Shown here in pieces: positions 11,331 to 24,305 of a stretch of 64,000 nucleotides of DNA. This DNA comes from Vicugna vicugna (Eukaryota), in NCBI GenBank assembly GCA_013265495.1, contig MU058463.1, forward strand, positions 3,123,523-3,187,522. Reading direction: 5' to 3'. The notes beneath the pieces were generated by a model. The model made no database searches. It was not told the DNA's origin and saw nothing but the letters and a program-made list of their open reading frames with translations. A program made the position numbers and the translations under genes. Numbering within the stretch: position 1 is the first letter of the stretch; each line of letters begins with the position of its first letter.

Positions 11331-14300
11331 GTGGAAAAGGAGAGGTCACTCATCCACAAATATTAATTGTGCCCTTATCATGTGCCAGGCACTGTTTTCT
11401 TCATTTGGGACAGAGTCAAAAAGACAAAACTCCCTGCTCTGGTGAGACACTGTAGGGAGGACAAGAGAAGGGGTCCTGCAGCTTATGTGTTACTACATCT
11501 GAATATATCCACACATCCTCTGTTCATCCATCCATCCATCTATCCACTCATTCATGAACTGATGCTTTTGCAAAACGAACACAGATATAATATGTACAAG
11601 CTAAAATCTTCAAAATAAAATATATACAAAACCAAATTCATAATTTTCCTTTTTCTAAATCTAAACTATCGCTGTAAGCAAGTTGTACAGAATCCTTTAC
11701 TGTTTGATTAAGAAATAAAAATTAAAGCAAGATTTTGCACCATTGGTTGTAATTGAAATAAATCATGTATGTGTGAAATCAACAAAGGCAGGGAGGCCCA
11801 AGTAGGTCAACGAGGGAGGTCCCAGAATATCTCTGATCTTGTGAAGTGTGTATTTGCTATGATATGTTTTTAAAATTTCTGGACAGCTCTATTCTGCTGC
11901 TTGGACAGATAAGAAACAGAGAGGCCATACCTGATTCACAGTGGGAATATTGGATTATTCAGTGCATTGCTTACCACCTTCTAGCTGGAAGAGTGTGGAG
12001 ATGGCAGAGCATCCTATGATCTTATTAGTAAAGTTTTCTGAGAAATAGTAAGCTTACTTACAGCTCCATTCTGATTTAGAAAAAGCCCAAGGGATGATGC
12101 TACAGTCAACCTTCATGTTCTAGCATACAGGATTTATCTGGGCATCGACTTCAGAGCCTACACACTTCTCCTATCTCTAGTGCTACCGTCAATCCACCAA
12201 CTTCCCCTCCTCTTCCTGTTTGCTTCCATATTGTTTCCAGAATTATCTTGGCTTGCTTGCCGGCATTTCTCTGCTTCAGTCCACAGAACGTCTTGTCTTT
12301 TTTGCTAGCATGGTGTGTGTCCTTGTCCTTGGGATTCTGTCCATGGTTAGCCCCTGGGTACAGTGTTCCAAGGACTCTTTTCTTCTACTTGTTTGAGCTT
12401 AGAAGAAACATGTATATTAGTTCAATCAGCAGCTATTTATTGTAATTTAGATATAATTACATACAATCTCTCCAAAGCTGTAGGAAAATTCTTACAAGTC
12501 TTCACTAAATTCCTGTGTTTGCTGTCTTATTGTCTCACTGTCATCCTGGTGGTGTGTGTAGTATGCGAGCCAAGGGGTTCTTGGCTCTTTGAGAGGGTTC
12601 CTTTTCGTTATGTTCTCCACAAGCTGGCATCTGCAGAGTTAGGACAGACTATGCCGGCAAGGGAGAAACAGTGCTGGGATCGCATTCTCTGCCTGGTGCC
12701 ATGCAAGGAGGGATTTCTGTGCAGGGTTTGCCGTCCTTTAGTTCATGTCCAGGGCCTGGGGCCCAGCCAGAACATCACAGCACAAATGAAAACACAGTGT
12801 AAGTTCTCACATCCAGAAGTCAGAGTGTACCAGTTTGTCATCTGGCCTACTGTAACTAATCAATTTTTTCTCTTTGTGTTTTCATTTGTTCCCATCCTCT
12901 GAACAATTTTTAGTTCTTCTGGAGAAATAATGCTCTCTACATATCCTTTGGCTTAAAAAAAAAAAAAACAGTGCTTAGGCAATATTCCAGAAGGTGCTGC
13001 TAAAGGAAGGGGGAAAATATGGTTTCTTTCTTTAGGAAAATGTGTCCCCTACAACCCCTGTGTGAGTCCCAACACTGGGACCCTCCAGGGGGATCTTACG
13101 CCCTGAAGCCTTGTGTTTTGTCAAATGCCTTAAGTCTCAAGAATAGGAGATTTAAGCTTCCCAGCAGTCCTGTCACACCTGGGCAAAGGCTGGCTGATTT
13201 TCGTGGCAGGGTATATAGGATGCATACTTCATCCTGCAGAAAAGCAGATTGTTTTAAAGCCCCTCTGAATGAGTCAGGTTCAAGATTCAAGACTATTTGG
13301 ACCACAATCCAGGGAGGAGCCTGAGGACATTTGCACTAGGCAAATGGAAGTCTAGATGGTATTCCAACACAAAGCAGGCCCAGCTAGATTCTAAGAGTTT
13401 AGCACAACCTGGAGCAGCTATGCACAGGGATCTAAGTGGTGGAATCCAGGAGACCAATTTTTTTTAGGATCAGAATTAATGGTGTGGTGAAATCCAGTCT
13501 ACAAGAGGCAGTATGAAAGACAATGGGAGAGCAACTCAACCAGGCGGCAGAAGACAAAGGAAACATACGAATCTGTGATCCTGGTCAAACAAAAATGGAG
13601 CCATGATCCCCTCCCTTCATTGCTCAGGCAGTTACTATGAGGATCTGAAGAGACAATTAAAAGGAGGGGAGGAGGGAAGCAGGGGAGGATGCAGAGTAGA
13701 GCTATTGTGGTAGAACGAGAGCAGGGATTAATCTCACTACACATCCCAGCTACCCCAGGGTCTGGTCTCTCCTTCCCTTACATTCAAAGACCACTGAGAA
13801 CCTTCCTTCGTCTCATACTAACCATGTGTTAGGTGCTGCAGAGAAAACCGCCTTTACTGTATACAGCCTATGAAACAGTCAGAAAGCGTTAGATCTGGAT
13901 AGTGAGCAGAGGTCATTCAGAGCCTACGGGTGTGCTGCTTCAAGAACAGAGCTGCTAGAATCTTCTTCCACTTTCTGGGAGCCTGCAGAGTGCTTTCTTC
14001 AGCTCTTTTCATTCACCTGAATGGACTCCAGGCTCTTTCTTTTCAGGGTGTTTTTTTCTTTATTTAATGACAGTGTTTCTGAATTTTAATGAGACATTAA
14101 ACTCTCTCCACATCTTCCCAACCACAAATTTTGCGACCATGAATTCACTCTTTGAAAGGTTGACATAAATTTTCAGTGGTTAATTTATGTAATGAGCAAT
14201 CTGTCAGTAGCAGGACAAGAAGCAAGAACTCCAGTTCTGGCACTAGGATGTCACTCCACTAATACTAAACTAGTTCACTGAATCAGAACCATTCCAAAGC

Positions 14301-14379
14301 AGACAGCTCACTCAGCAGGTTCAGTGATATGTCTAGAACAGTGGAATAAATTTGGTTTCCCAACTCCAATTGGCACAGT

Positions 14380-15230
14380 TCATTGTAATATTACTGTCCT
14401 TGTATTCACTGGGAACTTCCTATAGCCAAGGTGTTGTGCTAGATACTATAGAGAAAACACAGATAAATAAAATGTGTCTTCTTCCCTTCCTTCTTTCCTT
14501 TCTTCCTTTTCACAGCTTGTATTTATTGAGCTTCCTTCAAGATGGGCTCACAATGGTGAGCGTGAGTAAACATGATCTCCACTCTTATGATCTATTGAAT
14601 GTAACAGTTATTAGTCAAACCTCACACAAACAAAATTGCCACCATGGAAAATGCTAGGAAACAGCACTCTATAGAATAATGAGAGCATATGTTAAGGAGA
14701 TTTCACCTAGTTGTGGATGTCAGAAAAGCCTATTCTAGGAGAATGTAGTTTGAACTACAATCTAAAGACTGTATTACAGTTAATAGGCAACATGAGGAAG
14801 GAAGAATGGTCCACACATCGAGAACAGTATATGCAAAGGTCCTGTGGTGGGAGAAACCAAAGGACCAAAGGATAGCCAGAGATTTAAGAGAGAAAGGGAG
14901 CATGTGCAAGATGAGATGTTGTGAGGAGCCAAGGCTATAAAGGGATTTACAGACCATTGGAGGGCAATGAGGGAAACATATTAAAAGGAAGGGGGGGGGA
15001 AGCAGGGGAGGAGGCAGAGTAGAGCTATTGTGGTAGACCAAGAGAGAAACAGCTGTAATTGTGATTAGGTGATGATAGTAGTAAAGATGGAAAAAAGTGG
15101 AGGGATTTGGGAAATAACTATGAAGCAAAAATCTATCAGTTGGGTGATTGATCAATTCTCAGTGAAGGAGAGGTGATATCAAGAACTGCTGAGTTTCTGG
15201 TTTATACAGCATGATGGAGTCACTTTGAGA
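14380..15230 (-). mobile_element. L2 LINE fragments
   Basis: 'tatttattgagc...', 'gtatatgcaaaggtcctgtggtgg', and 'ggaagcagggg...gctattgtggtagaccaag...gatggaaaaaagtgg'. Confidence 0.65.
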
Positions 15231-15359
15231 GGGAACACAGGAATAACCCTAACCCTAATGTTTACCCTACACTGGATGGTGTGGGAGGGCATTATCATCG
15301 GTCATGCTTTATAAATTTCCTTATGACCAATGGGAGTTACTTCCATGATGGTTTGATTA

Positions 15360-15995
15360 TGCATTCAGCCAATAAATATTTGTTGACTATTGATTGTATC
15401 CAGAGCTGTGACAAACAATATAGACAAATGCAAAGGCAAATAAAATTCAGTCCTACTATTAAGAATCTTACAAGTTAGTCAGGAAGAGACATGGAACCAA
15501 CAATAATGTAAGAGATATACTTTAATAAATGGTACACTAGAGGAATGGAGAAGGTGCTAAGGGAATCCAGAGGAAAGAACCCTAGCTCAGGCTGGGGAGA
15601 AGGAGCCAGATAGCAGGAGACATTGACAAGTAGGAGTTACCCTGAGCCAGTGAGAGGAAGAAATGAGAGGTCTTCTGAACCTGGAGGTGAGTAAGTACAG
15701 CATTTTGGGGAGACCCAGTTGAGAACAGGATATTGAGGATGACTCTAATGACAGGTGAGATGGGAGAAGCATAACATTAAGTGCCCTGAATGCTACATTA
15801 AAGGGTTTGATGTTGATCTTAAGGCAATGAGGAAAAGTATTTCCTCCTAAGATTTTAAGCAGATGAGTGTCATTATGAGATTGGACTTTTATTTAGAAAG
15901 ATTACTCTGTTGACATCATAGGGTGCATCTGACAGAGGGAGACCTACAGAAATGGAAACCAGGTAGAAATCTGTCGCAGCAGTGCAGGTGAGACC
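15360..15995 (-). mobile_element. L2 LINE 3' portion
   Basis: Starts 'gcattcagccaataaatatttgttgact' (reverse L2 tail), then 'ttttaagcag...gattggacttttatttagaaagattactctg'. Confidence 0.65.
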
Positions 15996-16000
15996 ACAAC

Positions 16001-16056
16001 CAGAGTTTCTCAACCTTAGTACCATTGACATTTGGGCCAGATAGCTCTTTGTTGTC
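16001..16056. mobile_element. MER20 (hAT-Charlie) terminal fragment
   Basis: 'cagagtttctcaaccttagtaccattgacatttgggccagatagctctttgttgt' closely resembles the MER20 end. Confidence 0.75.
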
Positions 16057-16749
16057 TTACTCTCAACAGGTAGGTGGATTTGGGGAAAACAGGACATATT
16101 TAAGAGATGTGAAGGGAACAGAATGTATGCAAACATTATGACTCAGAGAATATGAGGGTTGATGAGGCAGAAAGATGAGTAAAGGAACACTGAGGTGAAG
16201 GGAAAACTGAACAAAGCCAGATGGTTCTCATCCCTAGAGTCCTCATTTGTACCAGTGGCCTCCATGTGCTGAGTCATCCAGGAACCCAAAGGCCGATGGC
16301 GTTTGGTAATATTAGATGAATGCAAAGCAGTGTGGCTGACTATTCTATTTTCATCCAATTGTGGGAGAGTAAGACTGCTGCCTGGGCCAGCATGTACAAT
16401 TGTGCAGGTTACGTGCCCAGCAGGTAGAGGCAAATGGGATCTGGAATCCAGTTGCCACTTGGCTCATGAAACCAGTGCCCTGGTGCAGGTCTATGTCTCC
16501 CAGAAAAAGGGAACCTTTTGTAAATTTGCTCAAAGGTGACATGTTAGTGACACCTGGTTATTTTTTACTTAATAAAGGAAAACTTCTTCCTAGGTAGGAG
16601 GACCATAATTAGACTTTTCCAATCAACAAGGAGTGAGGAAATTTTTGCTATGTAACTTATACCTGCTCGAATTTCTGTGGGTGATTGCTGTACTTTTAAA
16701 CAACAGAAGGGAAGCAAGAATGAAAGAGAACAGTAACAGAGTCATCCAC

Positions 16750-17240
16750 TGGGGTACAGACTTCCGATTACTTCCTTTCACATCCATGTCTCTTCTCCTC
16801 CGTTAGTAAAGAGAGAAAAAAAAAAAAAACTCAGGGCAATAAATTGCTCTGCCAGAGAAGCACATTTCCCAGCCTCAGCTGTGGCAGGGTGTGGTCATGT
16901 GACTAAGGTTTAGCCAATGAGAAGCAAGTGAGACCGTGGAACTTGAAAGAGGGGAGAAGACACCCTCTCTTTGGTTACTTTTACATTCTTACTACGGGGA
17001 TGCAGATGAAATGGCAAGAGCTAGTGCAGACCTTTTATCCTTTAGATTTGTGGCTCTGTGGTAGAAGGTCAAAGAGTAAGATGGAAGACGTCTGCATTCC
17101 TGACACCATGAGGCCACCATACCAGTCCTGCACTGTAACTCTGGGCTTTATTACATAAGAGAGAAAAATAACCTACTTTGTATACTAAGTCACTGTTACT
17201 CTGAGTTTTATGTCACATGCAAGTAAAATTAATTCTAATG
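16750..17240 (+). mobile_element. MLT1 (J/K-like) solo LTR
   Basis: 'cacatttcccagcctc...gtgtggtcatgtgactaagg...gccaatgaga' and the 3' end 'gagagaaaaataacctac...taagtcactgtta...gtcacatgca'. Confidence 0.75.
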
Positions 17241-19783
17241 ATTTTTAAACTCTTTGGCAGCCACAACCGTCAATAAATTGGGCTTTCATCAGACATTAAA
17301 TTCACTGGGGATATTTCTCTGTTTTAGTCGTATGATCGATTCTTTTCCCATAAAATTCTGAGATTCTTAGGGGGAGAGAAGATATTAAAATCTCTGTTGA
17401 GTAGAGTAGTACTCTGAGTGCCATATTTATATATTAATATATAGAAAGTATTAATAAAATGACATTTAGATTCAGAGCAGATGAATAATGATAATAATTC
17501 TTGGCTTGCTTTAGACAATCTGGCAATTTTCAGGGATTTTTTTGGTCTTTGATAAAAATGCGGTGTCCCAAGATGAGCCATGGAGTCTCTAGCTGAGTAA
17601 TAGCAATTTATAAATAGATATTGTCATTTATACTGCAGACAAATGCTCAACAGTTTAATAAGAGAATGTGGAGAGCAAAGGAATCCCTCAATCACATCTA
17701 GAAAACCAAATCTGAATTTTTAGAAGTTAGAGCTTAAAAAAATCAATTATCAAGAAAAATATATAAACACAAGTTCTGATGTTTTCTTATAGAATTTATT
17801 TTAATTATAATGTAATAAGGTTATTTAGTGATTAGTATCTAATCCCCCTTTCCCTTTATATTTTCATTAGGGTCCCGAGTGTTTTTGTGTCACTTCTAAA
17901 GACAAGAAATTAGTTGAGGCATTGCCTACACAAGGATGTAGAATGTTGGCTGTTCCAGGGAGCAGGTGGGACAGGGAAGGGCAAAGTAGCAAAGTAGCCA
18001 GAGTGAGAATTTTGAACTGATGCCAAAGAAAGAAGGAATAATAACAGCTTGAGAGGAGGTGCCAAGAGCTGGGTACAAGGAAGTGGGCAAAGGGAAGCTG
18101 ACTCACAAGACTGGACACCAAGGGAATCAGTGGTGATGCAGAATTCTTAGTGATTTGGGACAAGAAATTTTGAGTACCATGCAGGTTTGGGCCAACTTCA
18201 ATGTGATTTTGGTTTGTGACCTTGAAGCAGGGACTCATGCAGTCTATAGTCAAGGAGCACCATTACTCCCAGGGACATTTTCCATGGTAAGCATGGTTGT
18301 CCCCAACACTTCCATGTTATAGCATTTCCTGATGTCTGCCTAAGCTCTCTAATTCTTGGGTCACAGAACCTCACAATCATGCCTGTACATATCTCCTTAT
18401 CATTTGATGAGACATGAGCTCTTACACACCCTGACAACTTAATTATCTTAAAATCTCCCTGTTGCTGAGAAGTACTATGCAAATAAGAGATGTCCAAAAA
18501 ATGTCTAGGGGAATGCATAAATATATGAGTGCATAACTATATGAGTGGACACATGAATGAATGAAGAGAAGCTCTGGCTCTGTAGTCTGTCTTCTAGAGA
18601 GCTAACGATAATTAATGCTCATATTAACTTGGAAATTTTAGAATCAGTGACAAACTTGCCTCACATTAACAAGCAAAAATGAACATAGAACCACCAGATA
18701 GATCAACATTTGTATTATGGTGGTAGGCTCTACTATCTCTGCCACCATGACAATTTTATACTATATCTTAATCTATTAACATTTTACTCTAGAAATAAGT
18801 TATCCCATTTGTGTATAACTTATCATAATAGTATGCTTATTTGTTAACATTTTACCTCCCAAAATCATGATGTATCATTAAAGATGTCTCTATGGTTCCA
18901 TTTTTTTCCCTAGAGGATCTATGTGTATCATACATTACAAATTAACTATCAGTCATTCTAAATGTGGCAAAGTTACAGTGGGAAGGCTTCACATTCATTC
19001 CTAGAATACAGTGCCTGAGAGTAGGATTGTTAAAAATAATGTAGATTAGGGCCAGTCTTATAAGAAGAGTTGAGGTGACTCTCTCCTTTTTCTCTTGTTT
19101 TTAACTAAATTTATATGGTATTCATATAGCTTAAATTTTTTTTTAAATTAGCCCTGCAACCCGCCCTAATAAAACACACCCTCTTTACTCACTAGTTTTA
19201 TTACTGCTTTCAAGTGGATAGCCTCTCCTTTTACAGACTTCTTAAATGCTTCCTAAGTGGCGTCATTCTGTCTTGACCTGTAGGACAAAGCCTCTTTATA
19301 GTTAATCAGTGAAGATTTTATCTGAAGCAATCCGCAGAGGGAAGAGTGAAAAACAATATAATAAAACCAGGGGCTCAAATACACTGAAGTTTCCTTATCT
19401 TGTGTACATGGATTTAACACACCCTTCTCACAGTCCAAGTACTTTTTGGACTTACATTCCTCAAATTCCTCATGATCTGTGTTCATCAGTTGTGCTAATG
19501 GTTGGCTCTCAGAACCCTCTTCTGATCTTTACCTAGAACATTCTGATGATTACCATAGTCACACATCATGAATTTTTTTTTTAAACATTGGTAGGTAAGT
19601 GTATTAGGCAGTGAATTTTACTATAATAATGGAAAGGCCAGTTTAATCAACCATATCAAACTAGAGTGAACAGTTTGACCTAAAATGAGTCCCGTGTGTG
19701 ATAATGTGTGCACATGCTCACATGTCGGTACTTTCTGCTCCTGTCTTACTATAAACTGTATTTCTCTCCTCTTCCATTGCTAG

Positions 19784-20115
19784 ATCCCAACATCCAATGA
19801 AAGGACACCTCTCTCACTGTATTGCAGAGAACATCAAAGGAGCAGTGCCACAAAACTATCTGTGAAGCAAATAAGAATTTTAAGTGTTCTGTCCATTTTA
19901 GTTATGTATTGATTTCATGTGTGTATGTAATGTTACAAGTTTTGATAGTTTCTTAAAAGAAAGTAACATGTTTTGAGTAGCTTTTGAATTTACCAGTGCT
20001 TCTCAGATAATCCCTCCTCCCCTTTTCTTAACCTTTTTATTCCTTAAGAGAAAACTCCTTTGATCTAAGTGTGATTTTTGCCTAAGGCTTAATAAAATTC
20101 AATAGCTGTTTAACT
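19784..20115 (+). other. Candidate terminal exon with 3' UTR of an unidentified gene
   Basis: Strong acceptor 'tgtatttctctcctcttccattgctag|A' at 19783/19784. Frames read SQHPMKGHLSHCIAENIKGAVPQNYL* (stop 19863-19865) or xPNIQ*. AT-rich UTR-like sequence follows, with AATAAA at 20091 and a T-rich downstream tract. The peptide is not recognised. Confidence 0.35.
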
Positions 20116-20699
20116 TTAGTTTCTGCCTTGTATACATTCTTTATTAAATTATTGAAGATTTCATTCTAGATTAAAAGTAATCAGGATATGTGATATATCA
20201 GTCAGTGTCTTAATTCTTAAATATGAAGCATAAATATAAAACCAAGGAATAAAATTTGTGCCTTGTATCTGTTAGTTTTTCTTTTGCAAAATTGAGGGTG
20301 GGTTTTTTTTAATTGTTGTTTAAAGGAGTTTCTTAATTTTATTCATCAAGTAGTTGTTTAATTCTTATGACTAGTAAAACACTCTGTTGATATGTTATAA
20401 GATAGAAAGTTACATAGGCATTTTTTCTTGTCTTTGTGAGCAAGAGGTGTGAATCAATGAGTTGATTCATTTTGAATGTAAATAATTAAAAAATGTAAGG
20501 GATAGAGGTAAGGACAGAATGGAGGAGAGAAAGGGGGCAAAGGGAAAGAGACAAAGATGAACCAGTGTGGATAGTGCTGTGGCAGGATGCCTAGCATCAC
20601 TGCCATCCTGCCTATGAAAGCCCCAATCTGATTTCCAAATGGAACCACTGGTATTAGCCTGTGGGAATATATGTAATACTCATCACTCCATCAAGAATG

Positions 20700-20870
20700 A
20701 TAACTTTTGTTTTCTGAGCAGTCACTGTCCCAGGCATCATCCCACTTCACGCTCATCAGCCACTCTGAGAGATAAGTGCTAGTACTCCCATTTTATTGAG
20801 GAAAGTGGGCCCAAAGGGAGAGATCAACCTGTGCACGATCCTACAACCAACGAGTGGAGGAACATGGAGA
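20700..20870 (-). mobile_element. MIR SINE (degraded)
   Basis: 'ctgagcagtcactgtcccaggca...ctcccattttattgaggaaagtgggcccaaag'. Confidence 0.6.
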
Positions 20871-21229
20871 AAACCACTGACAGAACCTGTATTTTGTGCT
20901 ATTTCCCTCCCACCCTAGTAATGGCAAGTAGGCAGAAAGACCTTTTGCATTTGAGATGGGAAATTGGCTGAATGGGGATGAAGGCTTTTAAATCCCATCT
21001 CAACAGTGTGGTCCAGGGGGAGAGGGTTCCTGTGTCCAGAGCAAGAGGATGTTATAGCCTAACATACAGTACAGTTTTCATCATCTCTATTTCATCATAC
21101 ACTTCCTCTCATAAACCTGCAGAGCTTATGCTGGTGAAGAAAATGTTTTGTAACATTTTTTAGCTACTTGACACATTCTTACATTCTTTGTTCTCATCTA
21201 AGTATGGAATTTGGAAGCAAGGTGACTTT

Positions 21230-21400
21230 TGGATTGACAAACCAGATTGAAAAACAAATTACCTGAACTCTTTGATCTTCTTCTCTTCGTGAGTAAAACA
21301 GGGGGAAATATCCATCTGAAAGGTGGTTCTGAGAACTAAATCAGGTTATATAGGCAGTGTGTTAGGTCATATTTAAGGCATTTATGCCCGTAAACAACAA
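21230..21400 (+). mobile_element. MIR SINE (degraded)
   Basis: 'caaattacctgaactctttgatcttc...gtaaaacagggg...ggtggttctgagaactaaat'. Confidence 0.5.
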
Positions 21401-22658
21401 AAGGAAGCTAATAGTAGGCACCCAATCTATTCAACTTACAAAAACTGTTATTAATAATTATTATTAATCATTAATTTTATTCCTACTTATATTTGTGGTT
21501 CCTGAATTCATATTTTAATTCTTATTTCTAGTGATATTGGGTGAAATTAGGATGATTTAACTTTAGAAATCTTCAGCATTGCACAGAAAGACAACTAATT
21601 TCCAGCCCCATTTATTACATGAAGCTCCCTAAATCCAGGCCAAAACAGCTCTGGCTCTGCTTACAGCTGTATCACATTAAACACAGATCTCACTTGCAAA
21701 TTATTATTACTTTTAGACTCCATATTTCTTTTATTCCCCTGCCTGGAAAGAATTCAAACCATTCCATCCATCTTCAGTCATTTACATTTTTGAAGGCCAA
21801 GTTTCTTTTTATGTTGACAGTTCTAACTTCTTTGGGTTGTATTTCTGGTTCCCTGGTGTTTGGTCCTCCTCCCTAGCTAGGATCAGCTTAAAATTTTATG
21901 ACTATGTTTTGAGATCTGCATCTTCCCCCAACACATTAATAAAAATACTGAATTAGAAAGAACCTTGCACACATCCCTATGGTAACCTCACTTACTCCAT
22001 CTCACCAGTTCAAGAAGACTTCCTTGAGAATGTACTCAATTCACTTCAAACGTCTCCGAGAGTTTCCTTTATACCAGGAGCTGGAGGTGAAGAGTCAGAT
22101 AAACCCATGCTCCCTGTTTTGAAAGATTTCAGTCGTGAATTTTCATATGAAACCATTAGTGTCAGAGAACCACTTCATAAATTTCTGGTCAGCACAAAGA
22201 TGGGTGAAAATATCTCACTTGCTCAGTTTCAGCACGATTTAAAACATTAAAGAATTACTATGGATTCATTAAATGTAGGGATTATTGAGTAGTTGCCATG
22301 GGTTTGTATAGTTGTATATTATTTGTAGACTAATTCATAGTTGAAGAAAGAAGTAGTTTTGAAACAGGGTTGAGAAACACCAGCGAGATTACTTGCTGTG
22401 GTACCTCAAAAGCCTAGAGAGATGCAATTGTCTGAACATGACCATGAGGTGAGTTAGCCAAACACTGAGCTGCTCTGCCTCAGGAAAAACTACATCTGCA
22501 TTATGTACACCATTCTCCTTAGACAGTGAGCTCTTCAAGGACTGGGTTGACTTGGGGGATAGATTTTGCACAGATCCTATCATATTTTGAGTGTTAAATG
22601 TGAATTGGCAATATAGTCACTATTAGATAACAGATGTGTAGGTTTGTGTTTGGGATGC

Positions 22659-23078
22659 TGTGGCAGAGATGCCTAACAATACACCAAAAGTTCAGGCTTC
22701 CTCTTCACCAGGAGTGAGTTATTGCTGGGAAGTGGCTGCCCAGCAGGACTACATTTCCCAGCCTCCTTTGCATCTAGATGGAGCCATGTGTCTGGTTTTC
22801 AGCCATTCAGTGGAAATAATGTGTGTTACTTCTGGGCAAGACCATTAAACAGTGCGCTTAACTTCTGATCATTCTTACTCATTTTCCCTTTGGATGCAAA
22901 AGACCCAAAGATCTTGGGGTGATGGAGCCCCCAAAACTGAGAAGAGGGTGGAGAAAGATCATATCCTGATCAATAACACTTGCATTGTTAGATGAATTAA
23001 AAATAAAGTTTCACCTGTGTTAACACACTTGGGGATAGTTGCAACGTGAAACAGTAGCTAGAATTACCCAAGGAATAC
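22659..23078 (+). mobile_element. MLT1 solo LTR
   Basis: Starts 'tgtggcagagatg', contains 'actacatttcccagcctcctttgcatctagatggagccatgtg', and ends 'aataaagtttcacctgtgtt...aggaataca'. Confidence 0.75.
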
Positions 23079-23334
23079 AGAGGTCATTGAGAAGGGCCCT
23101 CAGGATAAAGGATTAGGCAATTTGAGGTGTTGGATTGTGTACACTGAAAGAGTTCAATTGCTTGCTTTTTCAAATGACTTTTCTTTCTGGTCTCCTATTT
23201 CTCTCTAATTGATTCTGTCAGTGACAGATTCTCCTTATTTAAAAACCTCTCAAAGACACATCAGCTCCTCAATGATATTTTCTGTTGTGATGAGAAGAAT
23301 GAAAAAGCTTTGGAAAAGAACTCAGGAAACGTGG

Positions 23335-23732
23335 TGTGGTAAGGTCATTAGTGCTATCCAATTATCTTCTCCTTAAACCCATGGTAAGACTCTGCTGGTG
23401 GCCATTTTGCAATTAGCAAGAGTAGAGTTCCAACCAAAAAATGAGAGAAGAAATGAAACATGTCACTTCTGAGGCAGAGAATTTAAAAGCAGGTGTGCCA
23501 CCCGTTTGCTCTTCTCTTTCTCTACATTGGTTACCTTGGAAACAGTTGTTCTCTTAAATAGTAAGGTCCTCTGTTGGCAGAAACGAAGATCCCTGAGACA
23601 CCAGATGGAGCAAAGCCCCTTCCAACTCAGCCAACTTTGTGAGAGTAAAATATTCGTTGTGGTATCAAGTCATTGAGATTTTGGTGGTATTTTCTGTTGC
23701 AGTGGTTAGTACTTGTCATCCTAACTAATAGA
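23335..23732 (+). mobile_element. MLT1 solo LTR (older subfamily)
   Basis: 'tgtggtaagg...atgtcacttctgaggcagag...atggagcaaagcccc...aagtcattgagattttggtgg...tcctaactaata'. Confidence 0.65.
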
Positions 23733-24059
23733 GTGCCCGACTGTGTGAAGTGTAGGAGGTGGATTTTTTTTGGACGAAGTTTGGGAGCAATTTATATTTG
23801 TTGATCAACAAGGGAAGCAGAAAAAGCCAATGTCTGTGGATGGAGAAAACACTGACTCAGTCCAATGGCCTTTTCCAGAAGGGCTCCTGAGGGATGCTCC
23901 CCTTAGATTTTAGCAAAGTGAGAAGGAAAGAGTGACCTGATTTCCTGTTAAAACAAAAAACAGAACAAAACAAAACAAAAACACTAGCAGCACAGCCACA
24001 CTGATGGAGCGCTAGCTGTAACAAGAATCAAAGCAAGGCACTGTCGCACCTTGAGTAGC

Positions 24060-24305
24060 AAGCTCAGTCTGGAGGCTTGAGTTCTAATTTGATCATCCAC
24101 TCAATAAATGAGTAACTGAGTAATCTTTAATGTGCTGTGACTCTAAGTGAATTTTGTTCTTTCTTTTCCTTTTTGCCCTGGTTTCCTCATCTAGAAAACA
24201 GTTATAATTATCTCTACCTTGTTCATCTACCATTGTAGTGAGGACAAAATTAAATAGTCCCGGATGAAGCTCAGTGAAGACCCCAGAGTGCCACCAAACA
24301 TAGCA
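24060..24305 (+). mobile_element. MIR SINE
   Basis: 'ctgtgactctaag...gtttcctcatctagaaaacag...gtagtgaggacaaaatt'. Confidence 0.65.

Noticed and set aside
12363..12902. 179-aa plus-strand ORF
   Set aside because: Non-ATG start, no recognisable domain and no convincing splice or promoter context. Compatible with a chance ORF.
19456..19532. Minus-strand exon-like segment ending in a GTAAGT donor
   Set aside because: The acceptor lacks a polypyrimidine tract and all three frames from that AG contain stops.
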